64,000 nucleotides of DNA from Candidatus Omnitrophota bacterium (GCA_029261065.1 JAJDCB010000012.1:13430-77429); one strand, 5' to 3'. Positions 52,750 through 61,502 are shown, numbered from the stretch's first letter. The notes: generated by a model not told the origin, from the sequence alone. Numbers and translations are program-made.

Positions 52750-52801
52750 AAATAAACCGCAAAACAACATATCCTATGATCTAGAATATGCTGCTTTACG
52801 G
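52750..52801 (-). terminator. strong hairpin/terminator after the first pilin gene
   Basis: 20-bp stem CCGTAAAGCAGCATATTCTA/TAGGATATGTTGTTTTGCGG with G-U pairs that form only in the minus-strand RNA; followed by TTTATTT. Confidence 0.75.
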
Positions 52802-52814
52802 CTTAATTTAACTA

Positions 52815-53261
52815 TTAGTTGATACCACTAAAAGCCGTCGTTCCTGATTTTGAAACAGTAACGATAGAGTTATTAGTAGCTGGATTAAACTCTACATCTA
52901 ATGTAACCATACTTACACCATCACCACCGGCACGGGCATTTCTTGTTGCTTGAATAATATAATGATTTGCCGTTGAGACATCTATTGTATAAGCGAAGTG
53001 ACCATCTGATGGAGTTGACTGGTAACCTGCTTTTTCTGCTGTATCACATGTTGTCCAATTTAGTACTCCATTTCCTTGAAATGAGGCACATGTTTCAGCC
53101 CCACGCTTAACAGCACCTAGATACTGCATTGCTTCTTCTGATCTTGTAAACTCAATGGTGTCGAAAAATCGTGGCAATGACAGAGATGCCAAAACACCAA
53201 TGATAATGATAACGATTAAGATTTCCAATAGGGTAAAACCGCTTTTATTGTTAGTTTTCAT
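52815..53261 (-). CDS. pilA: probable major type IV pilin
   Basis: SG/FTLLEILIVIIIIGVLA...PRF; AAGGAG RBS; first gene of the array, followed by a terminator. Confidence 0.8.
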   Translation of the reverse strand: MKTNNKSGFTLLEILIVIIIIGVLASLSLPRFFDTIEFTRSEEAMQYLGAVKRGAETCASFQGNGVLNWTTCDTAEKAGYQSTPSDGHFAYTIDVSTANHYIIQATRNARAGGDGVSMVTLDVEFNPATNNSIVTVSKSGTTAFSGIN

Positions 53262-53431
53262 TTTTTGTTCTCCTTAAAATATGGATACTTCATTATTTTT
53301 ATTTCCGAATAGGAAAGGATAAAAATTATTAAATCTTCCTATCGGTTCAAAAATCGCTTCGAGTTATCGCTGTATGCGATTTTCTTACTTGAGAACAAAC
53401 CTTAAGAATTATTGCTTTGGTTAGGGAAGGC

Positions 53432-53472
53432 AAAAGAAAAAGCCTACTCCACTTTTTGCTCGTAGAATAGGC
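53432..53472 (-). terminator. intrinsic terminator in the pilin leader (riboswitch expression platform)
   Basis: 11-bp stem GCCUAUUCUAC/GUGGAGUAGGC followed by UUUUUCUUUU. Confidence 0.8.
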
Positions 53473-53504
53473 ACATTGATCATTTCATCATATATGTCTG
53501 ATGA

Positions 53505-53653
53505 TTTTTGACAGCTGGCTATCCCTGCTGCTAATGGCAGCTGGACCCTGTAGCTTTGTTCCGGTTTTTTGACCGGATTCGGGTTGGTTAAATGTGTTGT
53601 TTCCTTTAACTGCCCCGAAGCCCTACTCTTACGAGTAGTTTACCTTTTCAATA
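53505..53653 (-). ncRNA. c-di-GMP-I (GEMM-I)-type riboswitch, variant aptamer
   Basis: UUGAAAAG-GUAAA-CUACUC-GUAA-GAGUAG-GGC-[60-nt insert]-AC-AAAGCUACAGGGUCC...GGAUAGCCAGCUGUCAA; GNRA loop; downstream terminator; upstream promoter. Confidence 0.8.
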
Positions 53654-53677
53654 CATTCAGTTGTTCGTTCTATTGAA

Positions 53678-53706
53678 GGTATACCATATGACTGAAGTGA
53701 TGTCAA
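53678..53706 (-). promoter_or_regulatory. sigma70-type promoter for the riboswitch-pilin transcript
   Basis: TTGACA-17 nt-TATACC with extended TG. Confidence 0.6.
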
Positions 53707-53855
53707 ATCGGCAAGCGTTTTCTTCTGGTGGGAAATAAAGTGGTTTGTATCCACTTAAGTTATTATATTGTAGTACTTTACGTTAATTAAGTGTTTTTAT
53801 GAAAAATATGATATTTTTTTATACGGCTATAGATTCTTAAGTTTAGCAATTAGTA

Positions 53856-55091
53856 TTAATGGCTCCCCATTTTTGCTATATCAAGCATTGGCATAAACAT
53901 AGCGATAACAATAACCCCAACTGTCACCCCCATAAAGATGAGCATTATTGGTTCTATGATTGTTGAGATCCTTTTAATAAAGGTTTCAACCGTTTCTTGA
54001 TAAAATTTTGAAACATATTTTAACATTTTGCTTAATTCCCCTGTTTCTTCACCAACCATAATCATCTGAATACACATAGGAGGAAAAAAGCCGCTTCGTT
54101 CCATAGGTGTATAAAGAGACTCCCCCTTTTTAACACCATCTTTTATCTCACCAACAATTAAAGAACAGGTGATATTGTTGACCAATCGTTCAGCAATATC
54201 AAGGGCATACAAAATAGGAACACCAGAATCGAGAAGGATTGACATTTGAGAGGCGAATCGTTCAACAACAATGAGTCTATAGATTGGACCAATACTTTTT
54301 ATATTATAAAGAAATTTCTCATACATTAATTGCCCTTGGTATGTTTTTACATATTTTTTAACAGCAAAAACAAGGAGTCCTACGCCTCCTGCAAGATAGA
54401 TAAAGTTTCCTTTAACGAAATTAAATGTGGAAAGGAGAGCTTGTGTCATAACAGGGACATCGGCATTCATTTGTTTAAATACACTTTCAAATTGTGGGCC
54501 AACAACAAAGGCAAAAACGGATATGGCGGCTAGGACTACTCCGAAAAGGATGGCAGGATAGACCATAGCAGATACGATACTTGAGCGAAAACTGGACTGT
54601 TGTTCTAGATAAAAAGCTAATTTATTTAATACCACAGGAATGGTACCAGAAGCCTCCCCAACCTCCACAAGACTAACCCAAAATTGATTAAATACTTTTG
54701 GATGGTTAGCTAAGGATAAACTTAAAGACCCTCCTTTTTCTACATCTTGCCGTACTTTACTTAGGACATCAAAAAATTGAGCGCTTTGGATTTGTGAAAG
54801 AATAACATCAAGACTACGTGTCAAAGAAACTCCGGCTTCAAGCATAGTTGCAAGCTGCCTGGAAAATGTTAAAAGATCTTCAAGCTTAACTTTCTTATGA
54901 GAAAACTGCTTTTTCTTTTTCTTCTTTTTAGCTGACTGTGGCTTTATACCAGCACTTAGTTCTTTAATGCTAACGATAAAATAGTTTTGTTTTTGTAGTG
55001 AGTCAACGACCTTTTGCTGATTATCCGAATCGATAATATTTTTGTAAGCTTTCCCCTGACGATCTTTAACGACGTAAGCAAATTTAGGCAT
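53856..55091 (-). CDS. pilC: type IV pilus platform protein PilC (GspF family)
   Basis: FSRQLATMLEAGV, VGEASG, YP, VGEETGEL, IEP, AMFMPM. Confidence 0.93.
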   Translation of the reverse strand: MPKFAYVVKDRQGKAYKNIIDSDNQQKVVDSLQKQNYFIVSIKELSAGIKPQSAKKKKKKKQFSHKKVKLEDLLTFSRQLATMLEAGVSLTRSLDVILSQIQSAQFFDVLSKVRQDVEKGGSLSLSLANHPKVFNQFWVSLVEVGEASGTIPVVLNKLAFYLEQQSSFRSSIVSAMVYPAILFGVVLAAISVFAFVVGPQFESVFKQMNADVPVMTQALLSTFNFVKGNFIYLAGGVGLLVFAVKKYVKTYQGQLMYEKFLYNIKSIGPIYRLIVVERFASQMSILLDSGVPILYALDIAERLVNNITCSLIVGEIKDGVKKGESLYTPMERSGFFPPMCIQMIMVGEETGELSKMLKYVSKFYQETVETFIKRISTIIEPIMLIFMGVTVGVIVIAMFMPMLDIAKMGSH

Positions 55092-55112
55092 TGGTCACCT
55101 CTTTTGTTATTC

Positions 55113-55328
55113 AAAATAACCAAGTTACAAGATACAAGTTATCTTGGCCTTTAGCCAAGACCCAACGTCAAGACGCTGGGCAAAAAATAATCAATAATCA
55201 TAATGTTAATGTCTAAATGTTTGATTATTTTCTTTTTGAATTTTGTATCTTTTTTGCCCCGCTTTTGGCGGGGTCCCAGCTCCCAGCTAATAGCTGGGAT
55301 GTCTTGTATCTTGTAACTTGGTTATTTT
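55113..55328. mobile_element. ORF-less element with 26-bp perfect terminal inverted repeats and nested hairpins
   Basis: AAAATAACCAAGTTACAAGATACAAG (55113-55138) and its reverse complement (55303-55328); 7-nt periodic arms; four internal GC-rich hairpins. Confidence 0.6.
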
Positions 55329-55331
55329 TAT

Positions 55332-57071
55332 CTAATGTTCAACACTCACGCGACAAATTTCATCAAAACTTGTTAATCCTTTTTCAACAAGTTTAATTCC
55401 TGATTCAAAAATGGTATCCATGCCATTTTTACGGGCAACATCCTTTATCTCAACATAAGTGGCCCCTTTAGCAATGAGTCCTCGGAGTTCATCTGTAATT
55501 TCTAAAACTTCTGACACAACAAGTCGTCCGCGAAAACCTGAACTATTGCATTCTTCACACCCCTTAGCACGATAAACGAGATCAACATTAAACTTAATGC
55601 CTCCATGTTGTTCAGGGGTTGGTTCGTAGGCTTCTTTACATTTAGGACAAATTTTACGTGCTAATCTTTGAGCTAGAATCATGACCAATGAAGGTGTTAA
55701 GAGATAGTGAGGAACTCCGATATCAATCAGACGGGTTATGGCTGATGCCGCATCATTCGTATGCAGGGTACTTAATACAAAGTGACCGGTTAAAGCGGCA
55801 CGAACACATATGGAGGCTGTTTCTAAGTCGCGGACCTCCCCAACCATGATAACATCAGGGTCTTGCCGTAAGAAAGCTCGAAGAGCTGATGCAAAAGTTA
55901 ATCCGATGTCCGTTTTGACAGCAACTTGATTGATACCTTCAATTTTATATTCCACAGGATCTTCAACAGTCATAATATTTTTGCGAGGGTCAATCGTTTC
56001 ACTTAAAGATGAATACAACGTTGTAGACTTTCCACTTCCTGTTGGTCCAGTAACGAAAAATAATCCGTATGGAGAAGATAGTGATTTTTTTATAAGATCT
56101 ATTTGTTTACCGTCAAAACCTAAGCTAGAAAGATTTAGAGGAACGGCAGCCTTATCAAGAATACGCATAACGACCTTCTCACCCCAAACAGTTGGAACGG
56201 TGGAGATACGAATATCTACATTACGGTCTTCAAGTTTGGCAGATATTGCACCATCTTGGGGAAGTCGTTTTTCAGCAATATCAAGTTTTGATAGAATTTT
56301 TATTCTTGAAACGATGGCTAAATGAAGATGAGGAGCTGGTGGCGGTATGTTATATAAATTTCCATCAATGCGATAGCGTAGATTGATTTTGTTTTCAAAG
56401 GGTTCAATGTGAATATCACTTGCTCGTTCATCAATAGCTTGGCGAATAATTAAATCAACCAATTTGATAACAGGGGCTTCTCCCGCTTTTTCGATGAGTT
56501 TATCTAAACTAAGTTCGGCTGATTGTGCATTGGAGGTGATAGGTTTAACAAAGTCATCTGTTTGTTGATTACTGTAAGAGCTTTCAACAACACGGTCAAG
56601 CATAGAGGTTTTACCTTCAGCTTTGTTTTCAGCAAAGTAAAAGGCTGTAATTGCTTTTTTTAAAGCAGATGTTGTTGCAATAACGATATTAATTTCACAA
56701 TTCGTCATCATTCGCATATTATCAACAACGAGAAGATCTAGCGGGTCACTCATGGCAACGGTCAAGGAACTCATGTGTTGTGAGAGAGGAAGAATATTGT
56801 GTTTGTTGGCAAATTCTCCTGGAATTAGTTTGTCAAGAGCTTGATCTTCTTGAGGTTTAAGGAGTTCTTCATTCTCAGAGGAATAGTATGGCAGACCAAG
56901 TTGTGTGCCTAAGGCTTGAGACATATGTTCTTCAGTGATATACCCAATTTTAATAAGGACTTCTCCTATACGTCCCTTTTCTTTTTTTTGGGCATCAATG
57001 GCCTTATTCAATTGATCAGGCGTAATGAGTCCCTGATTTAAAAGTATTTCTCCGAGTTTAAGGCGTGACAT
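55332..57071 (-). CDS. pilB: type IV pilus assembly ATPase PilB with N-terminal MshEN domain
   Basis: KLGEILL..G....QL / RIGEVL tandem motif; ASDIHIEP, GPTGSGKS, LRQDPD, TGH, tetra-Cys. Confidence 0.93.
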   Translation of the reverse strand: MSRLKLGEILLNQGLITPDQLNKAIDAQKKEKGRIGEVLIKIGYITEEHMSQALGTQLGLPYYSSENEELLKPQEDQALDKLIPGEFANKHNILPLSQHMSSLTVAMSDPLDLLVVDNMRMMTNCEINIVIATTSALKKAITAFYFAENKAEGKTSMLDRVVESSYSNQQTDDFVKPITSNAQSAELSLDKLIEKAGEAPVIKLVDLIIRQAIDERASDIHIEPFENKINLRYRIDGNLYNIPPPAPHLHLAIVSRIKILSKLDIAEKRLPQDGAISAKLEDRNVDIRISTVPTVWGEKVVMRILDKAAVPLNLSSLGFDGKQIDLIKKSLSSPYGLFFVTGPTGSGKSTTLYSSLSETIDPRKNIMTVEDPVEYKIEGINQVAVKTDIGLTFASALRAFLRQDPDVIMVGEVRDLETASICVRAALTGHFVLSTLHTNDAASAITRLIDIGVPHYLLTPSLVMILAQRLARKICPKCKEAYEPTPEQHGGIKFNVDLVYRAKGCEECNSSGFRGRLVVSEVLEITDELRGLIAKGATYVEIKDVARKNGMDTIFESGIKLVEKGLTSFDEICRVSVEH

Positions 57072-57080
57072 TATGTTTAC

Positions 57081-58640
57081 CTAGTTATCAAATGGTGTTG
57101 GTTGTTTGCTGTTGTTTGTTAGGCCTGTTGGGAGATCTTGTTCCCGATCTAAAGGATAATATGTTCTATCTTGACGTTGTGCGGCAAAATTTTCTTGTAC
57201 AATGTGAGGTGTTATAAAAATGACTAGTTCTCTTTGGCTTTCCGTTACATCTTTATGGCGAAATGCTTCTCCTAAAATAGGAACTTTACTTAAGACGGGA
57301 ACGTTTGTGCGTGTATCGGTAACATCGGAACGTAGAAGCCCCCCGATAATGACAGTATCCCCATCCTTAACTCTTAAAATGGATTTGGTTCCTCGTTCTT
57401 CAGGATCTTTAAACGTTTGGCCTCCAAAAGTTGATCCAGATTTGGCGATAATGACTCTTGGTTCAACGCTCATTGTAATATCGCCGGTGAGGATATTGGC
57501 TTGTGGGGTTACACTTAAAAAGACGCCTGTTTCTACGCGTTCAGCTTCTAGAGATGTTGAGGCCGTTCCTTCTGTTGTTGTGGTATTCGTTTCAAGACCA
57601 ATAGCTTCATTAGTTGATATTTCGATTTCCGCTGTCTCATTGTTTAGGGTGAGAATTCTGGGACGCGCTAAATTTTTGGTATCTGTATGTGTTCTTAAAA
57701 ATTGCATACTAAAGGCAAGTCCTTGAAATGATATGGTGCTAACACGGTATTGAGCGTCTGCAAACTCAAAACCATCATCTCTTAGGTTATCTTCATTAAA
57801 AGGAAAAGTATTGTCTCGTTGGGCTCCTGAGAAAGTGACAGGTGTGCTGCCAAATTTTGTGCCAATAAGGTCAGCTACATTTTTGGCGATATCTAACATC
57901 TCAACTTCAATCAATATTTGTGGTGTGCGGACATCAAGTTTAGATAAGGTTTGTTCGATCATCGGAAAATTGCTGGGAATATCTGTGATAATAAGGCTAT
58001 TTGTGCGGAGGTCTTCTCCCACAGAACCATTCTCTGTTAAAAGGGACTCGATGACACTGACAATACCTGCAGCACCTTCTTCAGAATCATCTGAGGACGC
58101 CTCGCCCCCCCCTCCTCCATTACTTCCAGCTAAAGAAGAAAGAATTTTAGAAGAGGTAATGCTAGCATATTTTAAAGGATAAACTTTTGTTAATAGTTCA
58201 ATAGAAGGTTTTTCAAGAGGTTTGACAACAAAAATGTTGCTACCGCTTTTTATTTCATAGGTGAGGTTATTAGCGGTTAATATGCGCTCTAAGGCTTCTT
58301 CAACAGGGACCCGATCAAGATAGAGGTTTACTGTACTATTGGCGATTTCAGTTGAAGCTATAAAATTTAAACCAGATTGTTGAGAGAAAATTTTTAAGAC
58401 ATCATTTAATTGAGCATTACGAAAGTCCATGGATATGGTTTTATTCATATCAGGATAGATAAAACTTTCAATGTCAAAACTGTGAGCCTGTCTCGGAATA
58501 GACAGCGTAAGCAGAAGCACAAAAAACATTAACAAAGTTTTTTTACTGTAGAGGAAAGAGTGAAGTTTATTAAACTTTCCTATAGGCTCGAAAAATCGCT
58601 TTCGTTTTTTGCCACAGGCGATTTTTTTGTACATATCCAT
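57081..58640 (-). CDS. pilQ: secretin (PilQ/GspD family)
   Basis: ISMDFRNA, DLRTNSLII, QILIEV, IIGGL, VPVLSKVPILGEAF, ELVIFITP. Confidence 0.85.
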   Translation of the reverse strand: MDMYKKIACGKKRKRFFEPIGKFNKLHSFLYSKKTLLMFFVLLLTLSIPRQAHSFDIESFIYPDMNKTISMDFRNAQLNDVLKIFSQQSGLNFIASTEIANSTVNLYLDRVPVEEALERILTANNLTYEIKSGSNIFVVKPLEKPSIELLTKVYPLKYASITSSKILSSLAGSNGGGGGEASSDDSEEGAAGIVSVIESLLTENGSVGEDLRTNSLIITDIPSNFPMIEQTLSKLDVRTPQILIEVEMLDIAKNVADLIGTKFGSTPVTFSGAQRDNTFPFNEDNLRDDGFEFADAQYRVSTISFQGLAFSMQFLRTHTDTKNLARPRILTLNNETAEIEISTNEAIGLETNTTTTEGTASTSLEAERVETGVFLSVTPQANILTGDITMSVEPRVIIAKSGSTFGGQTFKDPEERGTKSILRVKDGDTVIIGGLLRSDVTDTRTNVPVLSKVPILGEAFRHKDVTESQRELVIFITPHIVQENFAAQRQDRTYYPLDREQDLPTGLTNNSKQPTPFDN

Positions 58641-58651
58641 AATGGGCTCCT

Positions 58652-59119
58652 TTATGGTTTAATTGTAAAGTATTTGTCGTGAAAAGACACGTCAATTTTG
58701 GATTTTGTGATGCCAATAATTTTGACATCCTCAAAGCTATCGCCAACACTTAATATTTGATTGTTTATAATCACTTGCGGTCGGTCCGTGTTCCACACGA
58801 TACCCTTTACATTTACATTTGGGAAAGGGATATCTTGTATTTGATTAGGATTTGCTCTGTTCGAACCAGTTGTTTGTTTAACAATTGGACTTATGACGTT
58901 TGATTTCTTTTGATTTTGCGTTGTTCGCGTGTTAGAGCGATTAGTTCCGCGTTTTTTGGTATCTTCAATAATTTTAGGTAATGCTGGCGTAAAGGGATTT
59001 ATATCCTTTAAAATTTCAAATTCTTGTTCTTCCAAAGGTTTTTTTTCCTCTGCCCACAAAGGGTGGTTTAAGAAGAAAATTAGAAAAAAAATGGATATAT
59101 AGAGAGTTAATGTTTTCAT
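58652..59119 (-). CDS. PilP/GspB-like pilus assembly protein
   Basis: Signal/TM, NPF, VKGIVWNTDRPQVIINNQILSVGD; between pilO and the secretin. Confidence 0.65.
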   Translation of the reverse strand: MKTLTLYISIFFLIFFLNHPLWAEEKKPLEEQEFEILKDINPFTPALPKIIEDTKKRGTNRSNTRTTQNQKKSNVISPIVKQTTGSNRANPNQIQDIPFPNVNVKGIVWNTDRPQVIINNQILSVGDSFEDVKIIGITKSKIDVSFHDKYFTIKP

Positions 59120-59121
59120 AT

Positions 59122-59745
59122 TTAATTTAAATATACAGATGTAATTTTGACATCTACACGAATAGAATCGTTTTCTAAAGAGGTTCCCCTGCTTTGCCTT
59201 GATTTTGTTTTTTGTAAAGTGCATGTTAACTCATCTAATTTTAATGCATAGTTAGAGTTCTCAATATCATTGATAAAAAGAGCAATATTTTTATATTCAT
59301 GATTTATTTCATTAGAGGAAATGGTTATATTCATAGTTAATTCTTCATATAAATCTTTTTTTGATTTCTGCGCTGGCGATACAGATTCTACCTGTAGATT
59401 CCGTTTTTCCGCGGTTTGGGATAAATAAGTAATAATTTCGTTGCTAGGAAGAGATTTAGGAAATTTATTTCTTAAACTAAGTAATTTTTTTTGAAGTTTA
59501 TCCTGCTCATTTTTGGCTTCTAGAACTTTTTGAAGTGTAATGCCTTTTGCTTTGAGTTGTTTCTTTTCTAAGCTTTTGCTGGGAATAGTATAAATAACGA
59601 AAATAGTCGTTGCAATAATAGCAATCGTTTTAATAAGGATTTCAGGCTGTGTTTTTAGGATATGAATGATGACATTAAAGTCAATGCTTTTAATAAGGTC
59701 TGGAATATCTTTAGCATCAATATCTTGTAATTTTTTTAGACTCAT
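59122..59745 (-). CDS. pilO: PilO-like pilus assembly protein
   Basis: TM plus coiled coil, then ferredoxin-like region (YKNIALFINDIEN); synteny. Confidence 0.7.
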   Translation of the reverse strand: MSLKKLQDIDAKDIPDLIKSIDFNVIIHILKTQPEILIKTIAIIATTIFVIYTIPSKSLEKKQLKAKGITLQKVLEAKNEQDKLQKKLLSLRNKFPKSLPSNEIITYLSQTAEKRNLQVESVSPAQKSKKDLYEELTMNITISSNEINHEYKNIALFINDIENSNYALKLDELTCTLQKTKSRQSRGTSLENDSIRVDVKITSVYLN

Positions 59746-61310
59746 TCTTTTTCTAGTTTGATGATAAATTGGGTAACATTAAAAGTTTTTATACGTTTTG
59801 AGCTAACGGAAGTCTGTGGCATTATTTCTTCAAAATAATCTGAGATAAACTCATTGCCATTAATAGTGGTGCTTAATTGATCGACTAACGAAAATTGTGC
59901 TTTTTTATCTTCGGAATATGCGTAGCCTGTTAATGTAACGGTCGCTTTTTTACTAACTATAGTTTTTTTTCCCTTTTGTGGTTTTTTGTGCTTAATCTCA
60001 AGTTTTTCAAACCATGTGCCTTGAGGCATCATTGCAGGAAACTTTAATAAAAAGGCAGCTGCTTGTGTCTCTAAATGAATACTTTCATAGGTTTCGATTT
60101 TAGTCTTTAAGCCATCATTATTTTTTTTGATAGTTTTGACAGAGGCATCTTTATCAATTCCTAACTGTTTTTCTAAATTTTTAACCTGCTTTTTAAATTT
60201 AATGGACGCTTGGCCAAATACAAATTGGCAGGCAAAGGCAATACCAATACACAGTAGGACTGTAATGACGAGGTCTTTATATTTATTAGATGATTTATCA
60301 AGTATCCCAGGGCTTGATTTTTTTCGTTTGACTTTACTAATTTTTTTATCTGAAAAATTCAGGTCCGCTGGCGTATCCACACTATATATTAAACCAATCC
60401 CAAAAGCGTTAAGATAACCGGGGTGCTCTATAGGAACGTCTTTTATGATGGCCTGAGTTAGGATAGGCTTTATGGGCATACTAAGTTCGCTGCTTAAACT
60501 TTCGGCAAGTTTATCAACATTAACCGTTGATAGAATAGAGATTTGTGTGACGTTTTGTTGGGGATGTTGTCGATTAAAATAATCTAAGGATATGCGCACT
60601 TCATTAACAAGGCGAAGCATTAAAGATTTAGGGTCCATCGCCTCTTGTTCTGCCGCTGGAGGTTTGAGTTGAAATTCACGTACAAACTCTGGCACGCCAT
60701 GATCCATAATAATAATACGTCCTGTCTTTCCACCTTTTTCAATGAGGGCAATTGTTTCTTCAAGAGGAATAAGATTGTTAAGGATAAGACTTCGAATTAG
60801 GCTTTGAGGGGCAGGTTCTATAATATTTATAGTTAGACCTGCGTTTTCTAAAGGCTCGGTGTACGCTTTTAATACATCTTTTTTGATGGCAGCAAAGATG
60901 ACACGTAATTGTTTATTATTGCCTTCTGTGATTGTTATACAATGATAACAATAAGACAACTCATTCAATGGGAATGGAATGTATTTTGCAGCCTCAAATG
61001 CGACAACTCCCTTAACCTCGTTTGGTGGCATCCAAGGAATAAGAAAAGAACGAAATATAATATCGCGTGCTGGTAAAGATAAATTAATTTCTTTTGTAGA
61101 TATTTTCTCTTGTTGGATCGAGTCTTGGATAGCCGTTATGAGAAGTGGATTACTTGCAGCCTCTTGTTCTTTTTGTTGGTTTTGTTGATTGGTTTCTAAA
61201 GAGGCAGGAAATGGGATGTTAAAAATTTTGCTTGGTTGATTATTAAAAGTCTCAATAAATATTAATGAGTCTTTAGCCCAAAATACACCAAGCAAGATTT
61301 TATCAGCCAT
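59742..61310 (-). CDS. PilM-PilN fusion
   Basis: PilM-like N-terminus (FEAAKYIPF, EVRISLDYF), TM, PilN-like C-terminus (MPQGTWFEKL, LTGYA). Confidence 0.75.
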   Translation of the reverse strand: MADKILLGVFWAKDSLIFIETFNNQPSKIFNIPFPASLETNQQNQQKEQEAASNPLLITAIQDSIQQEKISTKEINLSLPARDIIFRSFLIPWMPPNEVKGVVAFEAAKYIPFPLNELSYCYHCITITEGNNKQLRVIFAAIKKDVLKAYTEPLENAGLTINIIEPAPQSLIRSLILNNLIPLEETIALIEKGGKTGRIIIMDHGVPEFVREFQLKPPAAEQEAMDPKSLMLRLVNEVRISLDYFNRQHPQQNVTQISILSTVNVDKLAESLSSELSMPIKPILTQAIIKDVPIEHPGYLNAFGIGLIYSVDTPADLNFSDKKISKVKRKKSSPGILDKSSNKYKDLVITVLLCIGIAFACQFVFGQASIKFKKQVKNLEKQLGIDKDASVKTIKKNNDGLKTKIETYESIHLETQAAAFLLKFPAMMPQGTWFEKLEIKHKKPQKGKKTIVSKKATVTLTGYAYSEDKKAQFSLVDQLSTTINGNEFISDYFEEIMPQTSVSSKRIKTFNVTQFIIKLEKE

Positions 61311-61388
61311 ATTAATTTGAAGATAATTGAAACTTATTATTAATTGTAAACAGTCTTGGAGTGAGTCTGTGTAACAGATAATACATTA

Positions 61389-61455
61389 AATAATACTTAT
61401 ACTATATATAGTATAACGTATTATTAATTACACTATATTAGATAACCTTTGTCAA
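61389..61455 (-). promoter_or_regulatory. promoter of the pilMN operon with adjacent perfect palindrome
   Basis: TTGACA (61450-61455)-17 nt-TGTAAT; 20-bp palindrome TTATACTATATATAGTATAA at 61397-61416. Confidence 0.55.
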
Positions 61456-61502
61456 TTGATATGTAAACAATTTTGAATAGATTACCACTTTTGGGAGGGG
61501 TA

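Noticed and set aside
52815-53261. Electrically conductive e-pilin
   Set aside because: Aromatic content is borderline (13 of 140 residues), position 27 is Thr, and no cytochromes are in the window
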